From the NCBI GenBank assembly GCA_035084275.1, contig CM068760.1, forward strand, positions 2,790,001 through 2,854,000: a DNA stretch of 64,000 nt, written 5' to 3'. The notes beneath the pieces were generated by a model. It made no database searches, had not been told where the DNA came from, and was given only the letters and a program-made list of their open reading frames with translations. A program made the position numbers and the translations under genes. Positions 1-47,200 of this stretch are shown piece after piece. How positions within the stretch are numbered: position 1 is the first letter of the stretch; the number at the start of each line of letters is the position of its first letter. The DNA is from Hydrolagus colliei (Eukaryota).

Positions 1-3000
1 CAGAATCTTACTTCACTACCTGTGAATTGGTCTTTATTTAAATATAAAAGGTTGTTAACTTTCCATAAATCTTTGCAAACGTACAATAAGGGATAACAGA
101 ATTATATGTATCACTAGTTGTCATTCAATAGCTTTATTGAGATGTTCTAAAATAAGCCATGCTGTTCAGCTCTGATTCTCCAGAACCTATTTGTGTGTTC
201 ATGTAATGATGTTGTAATATATGAAAAGCCTGGAAAGGTGCCTAATAACACTGTAAAAATAGCACACAAACAGTGGGAGAGTAAGTCAGATCAGCAGCCA
301 GGGAACCCAAGCAGTAACACGTGTACTACATAAGGCTGTGTTTGGTTGAGTCATATTTGTTAATAAATTGAGCCTTTTTGGAAAATGGGGATATGAATGG
401 GGTAAGGGTAGGGGCGAGGGGAGAAGAGGTGGGTGCTCCTGCAGTTTGGAACAATGTTAATTTTTTAACGAAGAATACATTAGGTGAGGAAATAATCCAA
501 GGCCATTTTTATTTTAGATGTGGGGGGGGGGGGGGGGGGGGTTCCTTTTTTTTAAAAGGCAAAATTGCATCAGGTGCATAAGACTGTAAACCAACTTATA
601 CTTTTATACTGTCTGGAGTACTTCCTCCATGGGTTCTTAGGTTCAATACATTGGAATTACAAAGTACAGTAGTTACATTTTAGTGGAAAAACATTTTTAA
701 AAATGGATAATTAAAAGATGCCACATTTTTACCATGAAATGGTGCAGTTTTTGTGAACTGGTGCAGGAATACCATAGAATCTTGTAGTTATGGGTAAGAA
801 TGAACGCAATTAACTACAATGGATTTCCCAATAAACTCTAATCTGTATTTTTCAGGGCTATATTCTTACATACTGGTACAGCAATTACTTGCAACTATTT
901 TTTCATGGGTTTAATCTTTGTCCATGTCCTGGCAGTTGGTCATAATGTCAGTATTTTAGGAACAGCTGACCTCTCAGAAGCATGTGGCCATGAATAAAAA
1001 TTTAATAATTTAGTTGCTTTGCAGGGGGAAAAATGCTCACAGATTCAACTGCCTAGTAGAAAATGCTGTATTAAAAAAATATCAATATATGTGCTTCATG
1101 GAACATTTCATATAGTGGTGGAACAAATGATGACATTGGCAGCATGGCTCTTAAATTGGGTCATGATAGTTTGGGTGCCTGTGTATTTAAAATCCATATC
1201 ACTGACACATCCGATTATATGAAACCTATAATGTTTCTGCTGTTAATGATCACAGAAATATACAGGAATCCTCAACCTGTGATGAAGAATATTGGCTCAA
1301 AAATGAATAATTGTCAGCATTTTTATTTGCTTGTTTTTCACTCACTCTCTTTCAAAGCTCACCCCCCATTGCAGACAATAATATGGTAATTTAGGATTTT
1401 TAAAAAGAATGTATTGGATTTGAATAATTCGGTTTTGCAATTAGGTCAGAAATTTTCTCTGAGTGGTAATTGTCTACCCAGAGAATCCATCCCAGACACT
1501 GTTTCCTAGATTGTCTCCACTACAGCTATATCCCAGAGGCTATTAATGCACTATACATGCCTGACTGAACTACTTTGATCAAACAGTAACTGACGGTATG
1601 CAGTCTTTTTTTTTTTAAAAAGTACTTAAAGTGCACGAAATGTGTGATACATGAAAAACTCTCAGAATAGGAAAAGCCTCGAATTTGAGACAAAGTTCAG
1701 GTGTGGCTTGGAAGTATTTGGGGAAAAACAAAATTTCCGTTTTTATCCTGGTCTGATTGCTGACATCCTTTTAAAGCTGGTTATCCACTTAAAAGGAAGA
1801 CTAAGGTAGTGAGAGGTTGGGTTGTCTTTACACAACTGCACTAAAATCATTTTTAAAAATCGACAGTGAGTTCACAGATCTTTTCCTCCACCCAAAAACT
1901 ATTGCAGCCAAGATTCCATTTGAATTCAGTTTGGGAGTTTGTTGTGAGAATGAACAAAGTTCACCCTCAGTGAGAGAAAAAGCAGGTTCAGTTGCCAGTG
2001 AATGCTGGCATTGAAGCCTGTGAACTTTGTGGGTTAGGAGTACAGTGTTATGAGGGTACTGTGCCAGATTGTCTGGGAATACAGTCTCTGTACCATATTT
2101 CTTGCTGATGTTCAAATTAGAAGAAAGAGCACAAGTGATGCCTTCGATATCAATTGGAAAAAGCCTGAATGCATGCTCCAGGTGACACTTTTGAAGTCTG
2201 TCTACCCTTAGATGTCTCTTGTGGTTCTCATTGTGGTTGCTAGTAAAGAGCCTAATGGTGACAATGGAAGGAGGGATAGGGCACAATATTTGGCAGACAC
2301 AAATGTTATCAACTGAGTCACCATATGGGGAATGTTTTGAAATAGCTTTGAAGTCAGTCCTGGAGAAGCTTTGGTCCAGAGTGTCTTGCTCTCCTTTCTA
2401 GCTAAAGGGCTGGATGCAAGGAAGCAGAAACTCATCCCTAGCTGGGTGGTGATTTATCGTCATCTATACCAAATTGTGCTAAATTTAGGTGCTCAAAAAA
2501 AGACATATTTTTCTTGTAAATTTCACCATTAATTCTCGTTCCTCACAGTGCACACAGACTACTGTATTCTTTAAAAGAGCGCTAGCCAGTATAGATCTTC
2601 AGGTATGCAGTAAAATAGAACTACTTGAACTTTGTTGGGCCTTCTTGAATGATGGATATGTCTAGGAATTCCCAGCCAGATGATCTGTAAAGTCTTAGCA
2701 CTCTGACTTGTTATGAAAATTTTATTTCTGGGAATTTGAGGTGCAGGTAAGATTTGTACTAGTGAACATGATATAGGATGACAGAAAGATGAAATGTATA
2801 ATTTGAATTTTTGAGTTGGTAATTACAGAGTGCTGCCACCTCCATGTAAATTGGGTGTTAACTATTAATTTGTAGAATAAACAAGGTAGTTATTGACTGA
2901 ACAAGGAAGCAAGTGCTATTGTGTAAACAAAACTTATTACAGAAATTGAAACTTTATCCTTCAATTATGTATACCAGTCATCAGATTTCTGCAAAATTGA

Positions 3001-3594
3001 CTGCAGTTCATTTCTTGGACATAGGGTCATGTCACAGTAAGTGCATTGATATGGTTTCAGTGGGCATCAATGACATGAAAAATACTGACGATTCCCATCC
3101 TCACTGACAGCTACTGTCAGCAGTGACACTGAACCAGAACTGAATAACACCTCTCCCATATTAGCAATACTGGTTTAGAAAGAAATGCCCTACAGAATGA
3201 TTTCAAGAGAATTCACTGTTAATGTTGGATGTGAAAGATGCCATCATAGATATATAATGTATTTAGCAGAAGTGTGAGCTTGAAACCTTTTCTTTATGCC
3301 CTTCCATCTCAAATATAGGGCTTTGCAAGTCATTCAGCAGCACATTAAGTTTCTCATTCCAGTTTTCCATTACTTGTAGAAAGCACTGAGTTGAATCTTG
3401 AAATGGCCTGTGGTTGTGTAAAAAAAAAAAGGATAAAAAGGGACGTTTAAAGAGGAAGTTTTGAACTTGAGAGAGGAATAAATATGATTTGACTCAAATT
3501 TTAACCTAATCATTGACCTTTAAATATAGCAAGTGATTTAAGTAATACATTCAAGATGACTGTTAGTAACCAAGTTTTTCCTGTTCTATTCCAG

Positions 3595-37900
<34,306 letters not shown>

Positions 37901-38392
37901 TTGGCTTGTGGAATCATGCGACTTCTGTACGTGCCTGCCAGCGAGGGCTCTCTTCAGCCAAGGTTCCAACAGTGCTTGGAATATATAGGATGTCTTTCCC
38001 TTACTTAAGGAGGACAGTGAGAGGAATCGGATGATTAGGGAACTTTGAGGAAATGGTCGCCTGTCCTTTGCCAAGAGACTGCGATTCAGCTGCTAAACTA
38101 ATATCTGGAAATGACGGACTGCTGGCTTCTTATGATTGACCAGTTAGCAGTGTTCTCGATAGATTTCTGACTTTTTTTTAGAAAAAGACTACTACTGCAA
38201 GTACTATAGTATCTTTCTTAATCCCATCTACTCTACGCTAATAATTAATATCCCATGCATCATGATCTAGACAGAAGCAATCGGTAGAACACGCTGTTGT
38301 TGGGCTGACGTGACTGTATCACACTAGCACCTTTTCCTTTACTGAGTATTCGTTTCGATTTGAAGCATAGAAACTGTCAATGTACAGTAGTT

Positions 38393-39978
38393 AATAAAAA
38401 AAGTTCTTGTAAAATATTCCACAAGATTCTAAAATGGAAAATTGGCTGAGTTGTTTTATTTTGTAAATGTTCTCCCTGGTGTGTTCCTCACTTGAATGTG
38501 TCTGGCAGTCCAGCCTTTGTTCTTCTTTTAGCAAAAGATCACAGGAGAGACATTCCACTTTAATTCAGCCAAGTCAGCCATAACCACTTCTCTCTCCTCC
38601 CACCTAAACCGAGACTGAGAAACCTTTGTATGAACTGTGTTTTACTAGCCAGGCTATACTACCTGGGCGGTCTCAGTTTCTCCTTTAGTTTTTTTTTTGC
38701 TTTGGCATCAGTTGAGGAATAAATACTCCCTTTATTGTACGGTAAAAGTGACAACAGTGCGAATAGCAAGTTTCTGCTGCCCCGAATTTGCAGCATTCAA
38801 TCAAACACACACATTGACCTCTGTTTATTACGGCTGGGCTGAGACAATTGTCCTCGTATAGCCATTAAAACACCTTTTTTTTATATAAAATAAAAACTTG
38901 AAGAGAGCGTGGCCCCCCCCACGCCAGCTATGTTTTTCTATCCAGCGATGAATTATGACTTAATGATAATTGAAGCAGCACAAGGCCACAGGTTGTATGT
39001 TTCTTTGTAAGTTTAACGATAGGAAATACTCTGCAGATCTTTTACATCCACATGAGTTTTAATATATTTATAACCTGTTGACATTCTTGTCAGATGATAG
39101 TATTTCTGTACGGAGAGCACCTGTTGAGAAGCAATCTTAGTTGTGTTTTTGGCCCTGCACTGCTGCCTGTCAATTGCAAGAGCATCATCCAATGGGAAAG
39201 TGTCTTGCAATGGTGCTTTGTACAGTCTTGGGTAAGGTGTGACACCTGGGGCTAATACTGTGATTATTACAATTTTTAAGTTAATTGTATCTTGACTTAT
39301 TTTTTTAACCGCTTTTTGCACACTTTAGGATTTTCAGTTCTGTTTAGTCTGTTAACCCTATCCTCAAAAAAAAAGTTGACAGCTGCAACATCTCATGATC
39401 AGAACAGAATCTTAATGGGACAGTTTAAAAATACATCGTCCTCATAAATGTCCAATGCACACATGGTCTGTTAAAACCATCCATAACACTATGCCTGCGT
39501 TTTATCAATGGCACATTTAAAATGGCTACATTCATTGAAGTCTGCAAATAGAGTATTGTTCTGGTAATAACAAGCATGCTTCACCATAGGGCTGATAGCT
39601 TCTCGCATGCTCCCATTGCTTCACAGACTTGAAATATGCTATAAAAACACAATGTTATAGCTGACAGGCGCAGTTTACTGTATGTAACACTTTTTGGTCA
39701 ATAGAATATTGTCTACCGGTTGTTAAAATCTTTTTTTATATAGATGTAATTAGTTTACAATTAACCTTTGGCTTTTCTTCCCAGTTCTAAAAACGTCATA
39801 TTTTATTTTGTTTTTAGGGTTCTCTTCCACTCCCCATTTCCATTTTATTTGTATTTATTGCAGAGTGTTTTAGCGTTAACACATTGTATTTCACCTCCCC
39901 GCTGTTACATGAGCTTTAATTAAAAAAACCTGTATGGAAACAAACTTATGTATGTACCCATACAGAATCAGCAATAAA
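38393..39978 (+). terminator. Candidate SMURF2 polyadenylation signals (AATAAA at 38393, 38718, 38889, 39973)
   Basis: Canonical hexamers downstream of the stop codon; which are used cannot be told from sequence. Confidence 0.5.
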
Positions 39979-41106
39979 GTGTCTGCTGTTTGCACTCTCA
40001 CAGCATAAACAATTCAAACAATGTCTGCCTTCTCTTAACTGCGCAGTAGTTTCAGGTTGTTTACACAAGTTGCTTTTTCTTTTCAGTTCCTAGTTCATTT
40101 TGTCACATAGCTACATCAGCCTGATTGATGTACGTCAATAGTTTGTCTCTACAGACTACACCATCTTACAAAGCTGATGAGAATGATGCCTTTCAACGTG
40201 GTGAGCACTAAAACCTTCACTTGGTTTTCCATTTGTCCAGTAGATTGCTGTGGAGGGGAGAAGAAAATTCTCACTGATGTAGGAGGATTACCACACCCCG
40301 AAAACCTAATCATATTAGCTAGATTTTAATCTCTAGAGATTATTTGGGAAGTCTTGGCAATGGCACCTATACATATTTCCTTTTGCAGGTAGTTTGATAA
40401 AGAAAGTCTTTTGACAACAAATTACATTTCAAAACAAATTTAATAAGTTAAATTAGTTTTTTTTAAAAAAAACATGATCATTTTAGGAACCCACATCATG
40501 GTTAAATTATTACAACTTGATAGCAAACAAAATCATTAATGTATATACAATATCCACTTCTGGATTAAAAAAATGAACTGTATTGTATTAGGGTTTAAAA
40601 TCAACTTCTGACATTGAAACAGTCACGTTTGTGCTTGGAAATGGGAAGCGACTGCTGGAAGTGTTTTTTTTAAATATAAACATGGAACAAAGACATTCAG
40701 GACTCATTGCAGAAGTTGAATATTCGCAGTCACCAAACCTGCAAGGATTGTAGTGTTGCATCCTCTGGTTACATTTCGTATTTATATAAATGTTAAAATA
40801 GAGATTTAAACAAGCTTGGCAGACACTTGCCGCCTGATGAATGAACAAGACAATGTACAGCAGCTGTAGTTTGATTATTTTCAAATGTCTTAAATTAAAG
40901 AAAATATTGAACTAAAGCCAAGCAATAAATTTACACTCTGTATTAATGGCTTATGTGAAGATGCTTCACTTCACATTGCAGGTCTGTTCCTTCGCTGTGT
41001 GCTATTGGAAGGTTATTTAACAGACTTATTTAAGGCATTTAAATAAAAAGCTTAACACCGACCCTTTTCAACTTTTACTTAACCAAAGCACTGTTTGGTC
41101 AAATGT

Positions 41107-41283
41107 TTAAAAAGACTGAGGTTTGCTGAACTGGAATGAAGCCATCTGTACGCGCCGCTGCTGTCTCTCGGCCTCCAGTTCTCTGAAGTACGCATCATCA
41201 TCGTCCTGTGTTATCATTGCCTGAAGCTCACGGATCTCTTTCTCCATCTTTACACGGAGATCTTGCTTCATCTTGTGGAGGGC
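41107..41283 (-). CDS. CEP95: CEP95 exon 22 (last coding exon)
   Basis: [58 protein letters not shown]. Confidence 0.94.
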   Translation of the reverse strand, partial: ALHKMKQDLRVKMEKEIRELQAMITQDDDDAYFRELEAERQQRRVQMASFQFSKPQSF

Positions 41284-44200
41284 CTGAAAACATCACAAAC
41301 AGCACAAATTAAAAAATCAGGTAATTCACATTTTGTTTGAGACATTGTTTGAAATAAAGATGGGAGATTATGGAGCCAATGCTTCACTTAAATTAGACTG
41401 TAGTCGTAAATTCCAAATTTAAGTAGTTTTCAATCTTGAGTTTGTACCAATGAAACACGGATCATCAAATAAGGTTATTAATAAGCCACATCCAGTGGCT
41501 GAAAAACTATTGGTTTAAAATATCAGTCAGAATGTCCTACTGTGGTTTCACTGTATCTATGGATATATATAATTGAATATTATTTTAATTTTCCACTGTG
41601 GAAAAGGAAATGCTAATTATTATTCAAGGTCATTTGAAACAAGGACATCTCACATAGGTAACTAATGTAGTGACTGGGTAAATTGGTCACCATTAAAACA
41701 TACCTGGGTTCCTCCGAGGAGCAGCAATAAAGGAGCTGCAAATAACAGTGCGTTAAATGTACCCAGTGGACGGCAAACATAGGTTGAGAAAACTGAATAT
41801 TACCTTAGTTTGTGCAGTCTCCCTGATTTGGACTTTGTGTCGCTCCTGAGCAAGAGTTTCAGCCAGCATCAAAAACTGTGATTTAAAACAAAACGGATGC
41901 AGTTAGACTTTCACGGACTGCACCGACATTCAAGTATTTTCCCAGGTCATGTTGCTGGTTTGATGGCAGGCATCAATCTTAACAAGTGGCTGTTTTTATC
42001 TTTATACCTGATGAATTTTACTGATTCACTGTCAAACCAAGTTACCATCATAATTAAGCTATTTCCTCCCTTTTGTGTCATAACCCAGCAGAAGGAATGA
42101 ATGAATATAGGATTAGGAGACCGTTGTTGAACCCAAGTCTGAGCTAAACATGCAGAGAAATTCTTCAGATTGGCCCTTTGGTGAATGAGGTCACCTTAGC
42201 AAAACAAGTTATTTGGGTAGGAAGCAAAGGGCAGCTATGGGCAGTTGCTGCCTCGTACAAACATTCAGAGCAGCACATGGTTGAGAGTCTGTGTCTTATT
42301 CAGATTGCCCGCGCTGTGCTAAGGAAATCGTTTTGCATACAAACTGCACAGTTCAACAGTTTGTCTTTCAAAGGCTTTTCGAACAGTTTGCAGGATGCAG
42401 TTCTATGCCAACGAGGCAAGAATCACAATTGCAAGGTTTTCAACTGATTTTTATTACCTGATCTTTATAATAGTTCTCCATAGATTCCAGTTCTTCTCGC
42501 TGCCGTTTCTTCTGTTCTTGACGTTTCTCTTTAGCGTACGTCTTTAATTCATGTAATCTGTGCTTCTGCAGCTCTAGCCCTTCCTCAAACAAATTTTTGA
42601 AAATCTGCAGGTTAAAGAAAAGTGAGTCTGATAAATACAACAACAAAATGACATTTATGGAGCGCCTTTCACATCAGGAGGACGTTCCAAGGCGCTGAAC
42701 AGTACGGGAGGCAAGGGAGGAAGCGAGGCAAAGGTACTGTGGGATGGAGTTCCAGAGTATGGGGGCAGAGAGGCTGGAAGCCCGGCCACCGAGGGGTGGG
42801 TTGCTCAAACAAACATTTGCATCTTTATTGCAAGACCGTCAATTCTTTAGTGATGCTTACAACTCCATGAAATTATTACACTATTCATAAAATATTTTAA
42901 GAATCAGTTTTGCTGACCACTTGGCTAGCGCCTCCACTGAAGTCTCAGTACAGGGAAAGCTGCAGTTTGATCTTTGTGAATTGATCAGCCCCATCCTTAC
43001 CCGCTCTTCTCGAGTCTTCACTCGCATCATTTTAGCCCTAAGCTGCACGTGGTAGTCGTTGTAATATTTCTGAGCACGAGCCACTTGCTGCCTTTGCTCC
43101 TTCACCTTGTTCTGTGCAAACTTCTGTTGCTGGACACGTTCTTTGAAGTCTCTCTGTAGCAAAGCAGGACAATAGTATCCAATAAGCTATCTGTGTGAAT
43201 GTGTAGAAATAAATGGGATATGGACAATGGGATCCAATTCACAGTACATAATTAATGTAATTTAACAAGGAATCCCATTAGAATTCCAGTCCCACTGCAG
43301 CAATTCCATTCAGATCTTGTCAGAGGGAGCGCGTGGGTTAGTGTGATGTACTTGCAGTTATTGGAAAATAATCCCATTAAGAAACACCAAAAATCAGACC
43401 CAAGTGAAGTAAAGGAAGCCAAAAAGATTTGGTTCCAGTTGAATCTCACCAGTCGCTGATTGTGTTCCTGTTCCTTTTTAATTATCTGAACCAGGAGGTC
43501 GTGTTTTCTCTGTGCGTCTTCAATCTAGTGAGGAAATACAGAGTTAATAAATCCAGCTTCATTAGATCCTGGACACACAGGTGCCTGATATGAATGTATT
43601 CTTTGAACGCAGCTATTTTCCCAGCAATTGATATTGAAAGCAGATATGATGGTAAGTTTTTTACCAGAGTGGAAGTGTTTGGGACAGACTGAGATTAACA
43701 CAGCGCTGGGACTAGGTTATAGGGAAAGGAAATATGTAAACTCCAGTCCAGCCTGAGCCTCAGAGTCACTTACTGCCAACTGCAGCTTGATTTGTGTTCG
43801 GTCTTGTTCGCCTGTTGACTTGGTTAACTGTTCGATCTGTCTGAACTGCTGTTTCCACATCCTATTCATGGTATGGGGGGAGATCTGCAGGGAGGGGAAC
43901 TCATCCAACAGGAGAGGTAGCATGTCATTGTCTTTGATCTTCACTGCAAATAAACAGTGTGAAAGCCCACGTGAGTTACTCCACAAGGTTCAGGTTTTGG
44001 ACTCAACAATTTGAAGGCACATCAAATATCAGATCAGTTCTCTGAGCTAATGTAACTGGATGGCGGCAACAATTCAAACACTGTACAATCCTGTACCTGC
44101 CACCAGAGGGCAGTAAAAAGCACACAATTCAAAGATCAATTCCCCTCAGATATGAGCCCTTCCTAACTCTTTCGAAAACCAATAAATTATTCCAAAGAAT

Positions 44201-47200
44201 TTCATTCCTCAATAGAACCTCAGCAATGCCAGTTACTGACAGCTGCCGTGTGCTAACACACACACACGCAGACTTAATAAAAGTACAATTTAAATAAAAC
44301 TAGTGGCCTTTTTTTAAAAGCAGAAATCACATTTCAATCGAAGGCAAGTTAAGCTGCCGCAGTAAGAATATCTGACCATTCTTTCCTCTGCATCAGTACT
44401 TGCTGCTATGGAGTCTTTTAGTTCCAGGAAAGGTACTCGTAAAGTCACACATTTCTGTAAAATCCACAAAATTATTTCTAAATCGGCTCAGTATCCAGAA
44501 ACCTTACTTGGTGTTCCTTTCCGAGGCTTCACCAAGCCTCCCGGTGACCATTGGTTGCACTTGGGTTTTCGGGGCATGCCTTTTGCACAATAAACTCTTG
44601 CAGCCTGTGGCGTTCTTAAAGCTTCTCTGAAGATATTTTCTTGATATTCTCGTTCCTTCAGAACAACGACAAATTACATTATTACAGCACCTCTCACAAC
44701 AACAAATTACATTTGCATAGAATTGATTGCTAACTGCAGAAAATTCAACTGCATCTATACTGCATAGTCCTGTAGCTCGGTGATTACAGCACTTGCCTCA
44801 AAAGCGAGAGACCTGGGTTCAATTCCAGGCAGGGCGAACTCATGGGCAAGTTTCCTTACTCCACACACCTGATAATCCCTCCAAAAAAAATTGGTCTTTT
44901 CAATTTCACGTCAGGAGGACACCCCCCCCCCCCCAAGTTAATGGCGTCTGTAACTGAGCTTCCTTCAGACAGGTCAGGCATTAAAGAAGGCCTCAGATAC
45001 TCAACACCGGTCAGCTTGACTCCAGAGGGTGCAAATAATCCATCAGGTGCACTTAAAGATCCCTGTAAAGCAGCAGTTCTGATAGCGACAGGATGGACGT
45101 ACCGTTTTCTTAGCCTTTTCTTTTTCTTCACTGAGTTGAGATCTCTCTTTGGTTTTGTAATCCTCCAGTTCCTCCTTGTACAATTGGCTAACCATCTACA
45201 CAAAGACCAGGGTTTAAAATGACATTTGAGAACACACACAGCTCTGCTGCCCCTATAAAACATTTCCTAACAAAATAACAGAAAACTTTGTACTTTACTT
45301 CAATCAGAATTCGATCTTTTACCTTCACTTTCATCTTTTGGAAATCAAGTTCCTGTTGGAGTTCCTTATCGATTCTCCTCAGTTGTCCACTGGCTTCTCC
45401 ATTCAAAGCACCTTCACACTCGGTCCGAACTGAGGGCCGCGGCGGCGAGGGAGAGAGCGAGCGCGCACGCGATGGCTTCTTCAGATGTGGAGTAACTTTT
45501 AATTTTAAAAAAATGGTTACAGTAATCAGAAAACCACCAGACACAGCTCATATCACTTTCACTCCAATTTTATTCGGCAGAACAAGCGGACTCATTTTAT
45601 GGGTACAAAACATCTCGCTCCCACCATTGCTTCCCCCAAGCACCAGCTTGGGGGAAGCAATGGGGGAACTAGATAGAAAGTATCAGCCTGTCCTTTCCAA
45701 GTTAGGAATAAATGGTGTACGGCAGCTGTTTGTGTTCTCTGTTACACTGTAAGACATGCCAATTACCCGCACGTCAACCAAAACCTCACATTATTTGTGA
45801 ACTTTAGTTAATTAATAATTACTTTTGTAATGTAATCCGGAGAGAATAAGGAACAGCAGGTGTTGCAGACTGAGCTACAAAGGTTGCAACCAAGAAATGC
45901 CTGTATAATCAGCCAAGCCTTCTCATCGTTAACTCATGAAACAGCCGCATCCCAGCTGGAATAGGAATGGAGTGAATAGGCTTGGGAGGACACCCGCACT
46001 CCCCGGTTGATTCTCTATCTTGACAATAACAATAATCCTTGCATTGGATATCGCGCTTTTCACATCTTCTAGACGTCTCAATGCGCTTCACAGAGTAAAG
46101 TGAATTGACTGTATATTTGTGGGCGAAACAGCAGTGACCCACAAACAGTCTTGAATTGAAATGACCAATTAGAAACAGCTGTTAGCTACAACAGTGCTGT
46201 ACATGTTCCCTGCAGTCGAACGTAAAGCACATCTGCTTGGTTGAGTCTGGTGAACAGCAGCCAACTACATATTCAGGAGAGGCAAGAGTAAAACAAACAA
46301 CTGTTAACAGGCTTGAGATTTTATTAGTTGCTCAGTTACCTGGCAAACGCTGCACTCTGCGATACTCAGTGATGCTGTCACTGTGTTGAGACAGTTTATC
46401 TTCATCCTTTAAATTAGATGCTTCATATTTTTCACCCAGAGCTTGTTTCAGCATCTGCCGACAGCAAGTCAATCAATAGGTACAGTATTCCGAAAGCAAT
46501 CACTCCCCAGCAGCAAACCACCCATGTAATCCTTCTGGATACTGCAGTGTCGAAGTGAGGTTACTTTCAACTCTGGTACATTTAGGTTGTGCATTTTGTG
46601 TGGTCAGTATGTCCGTCCATCACAGTCAGTATTAATGGCTAGGACTAGCTTCTGGGGGAAGGTAAATGGTGGGGGGGGGTAGGGGTGCGTAGAGGACGTT
46701 TCCACGCCCCTGCAGCAACTGAAAGCATCGCTGCCGCCTAGTGGTCAATGTTTAAAAGTAACAGGTAAAGAATGTTCAATTAAGGGGAGAGAATGAGTCA
46801 GATGAAGGAAGGGATTTGGGGGATTACCAACATAGTTCCAGTAAGGTAACCACTTCCTCCAATGATGGAGTCATAATTGTCTCAATATCAGACCGGAGTA
46901 TTTCTCACCAAATCTAGCTGATGCAGTCTGCAGGAAAGTTTCTCTGAGATCTCGTGCAGTTCCTGCTCGGCCAAATGATTCTTTGCTCTTCGGTGACTCA
47001 GGGGAGTGTTTCCAAACGCGTCGATGTGATGATTATGATCACTACAATAAACAGAAATGTTGGTAACATCCTTTTATTTCAGTTGGGAGTCATTATTCAC
47101 ATTAAAAAGGAAGACAACTTTTCTAAAACGGTCACAATGATGTGGTGTCAGTATGAGACAGTCAAGTCAGACTGGCAATACAGATTCAGTGTTTTTAAAC

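Noticed and set aside
38089-38095. GCTGCTA miR-15/16-family 7mer-A1 site in the SMURF2 3' UTR
   Set aside because: A single 7-mer in ~2 kb is expected by chance; needs conservation data
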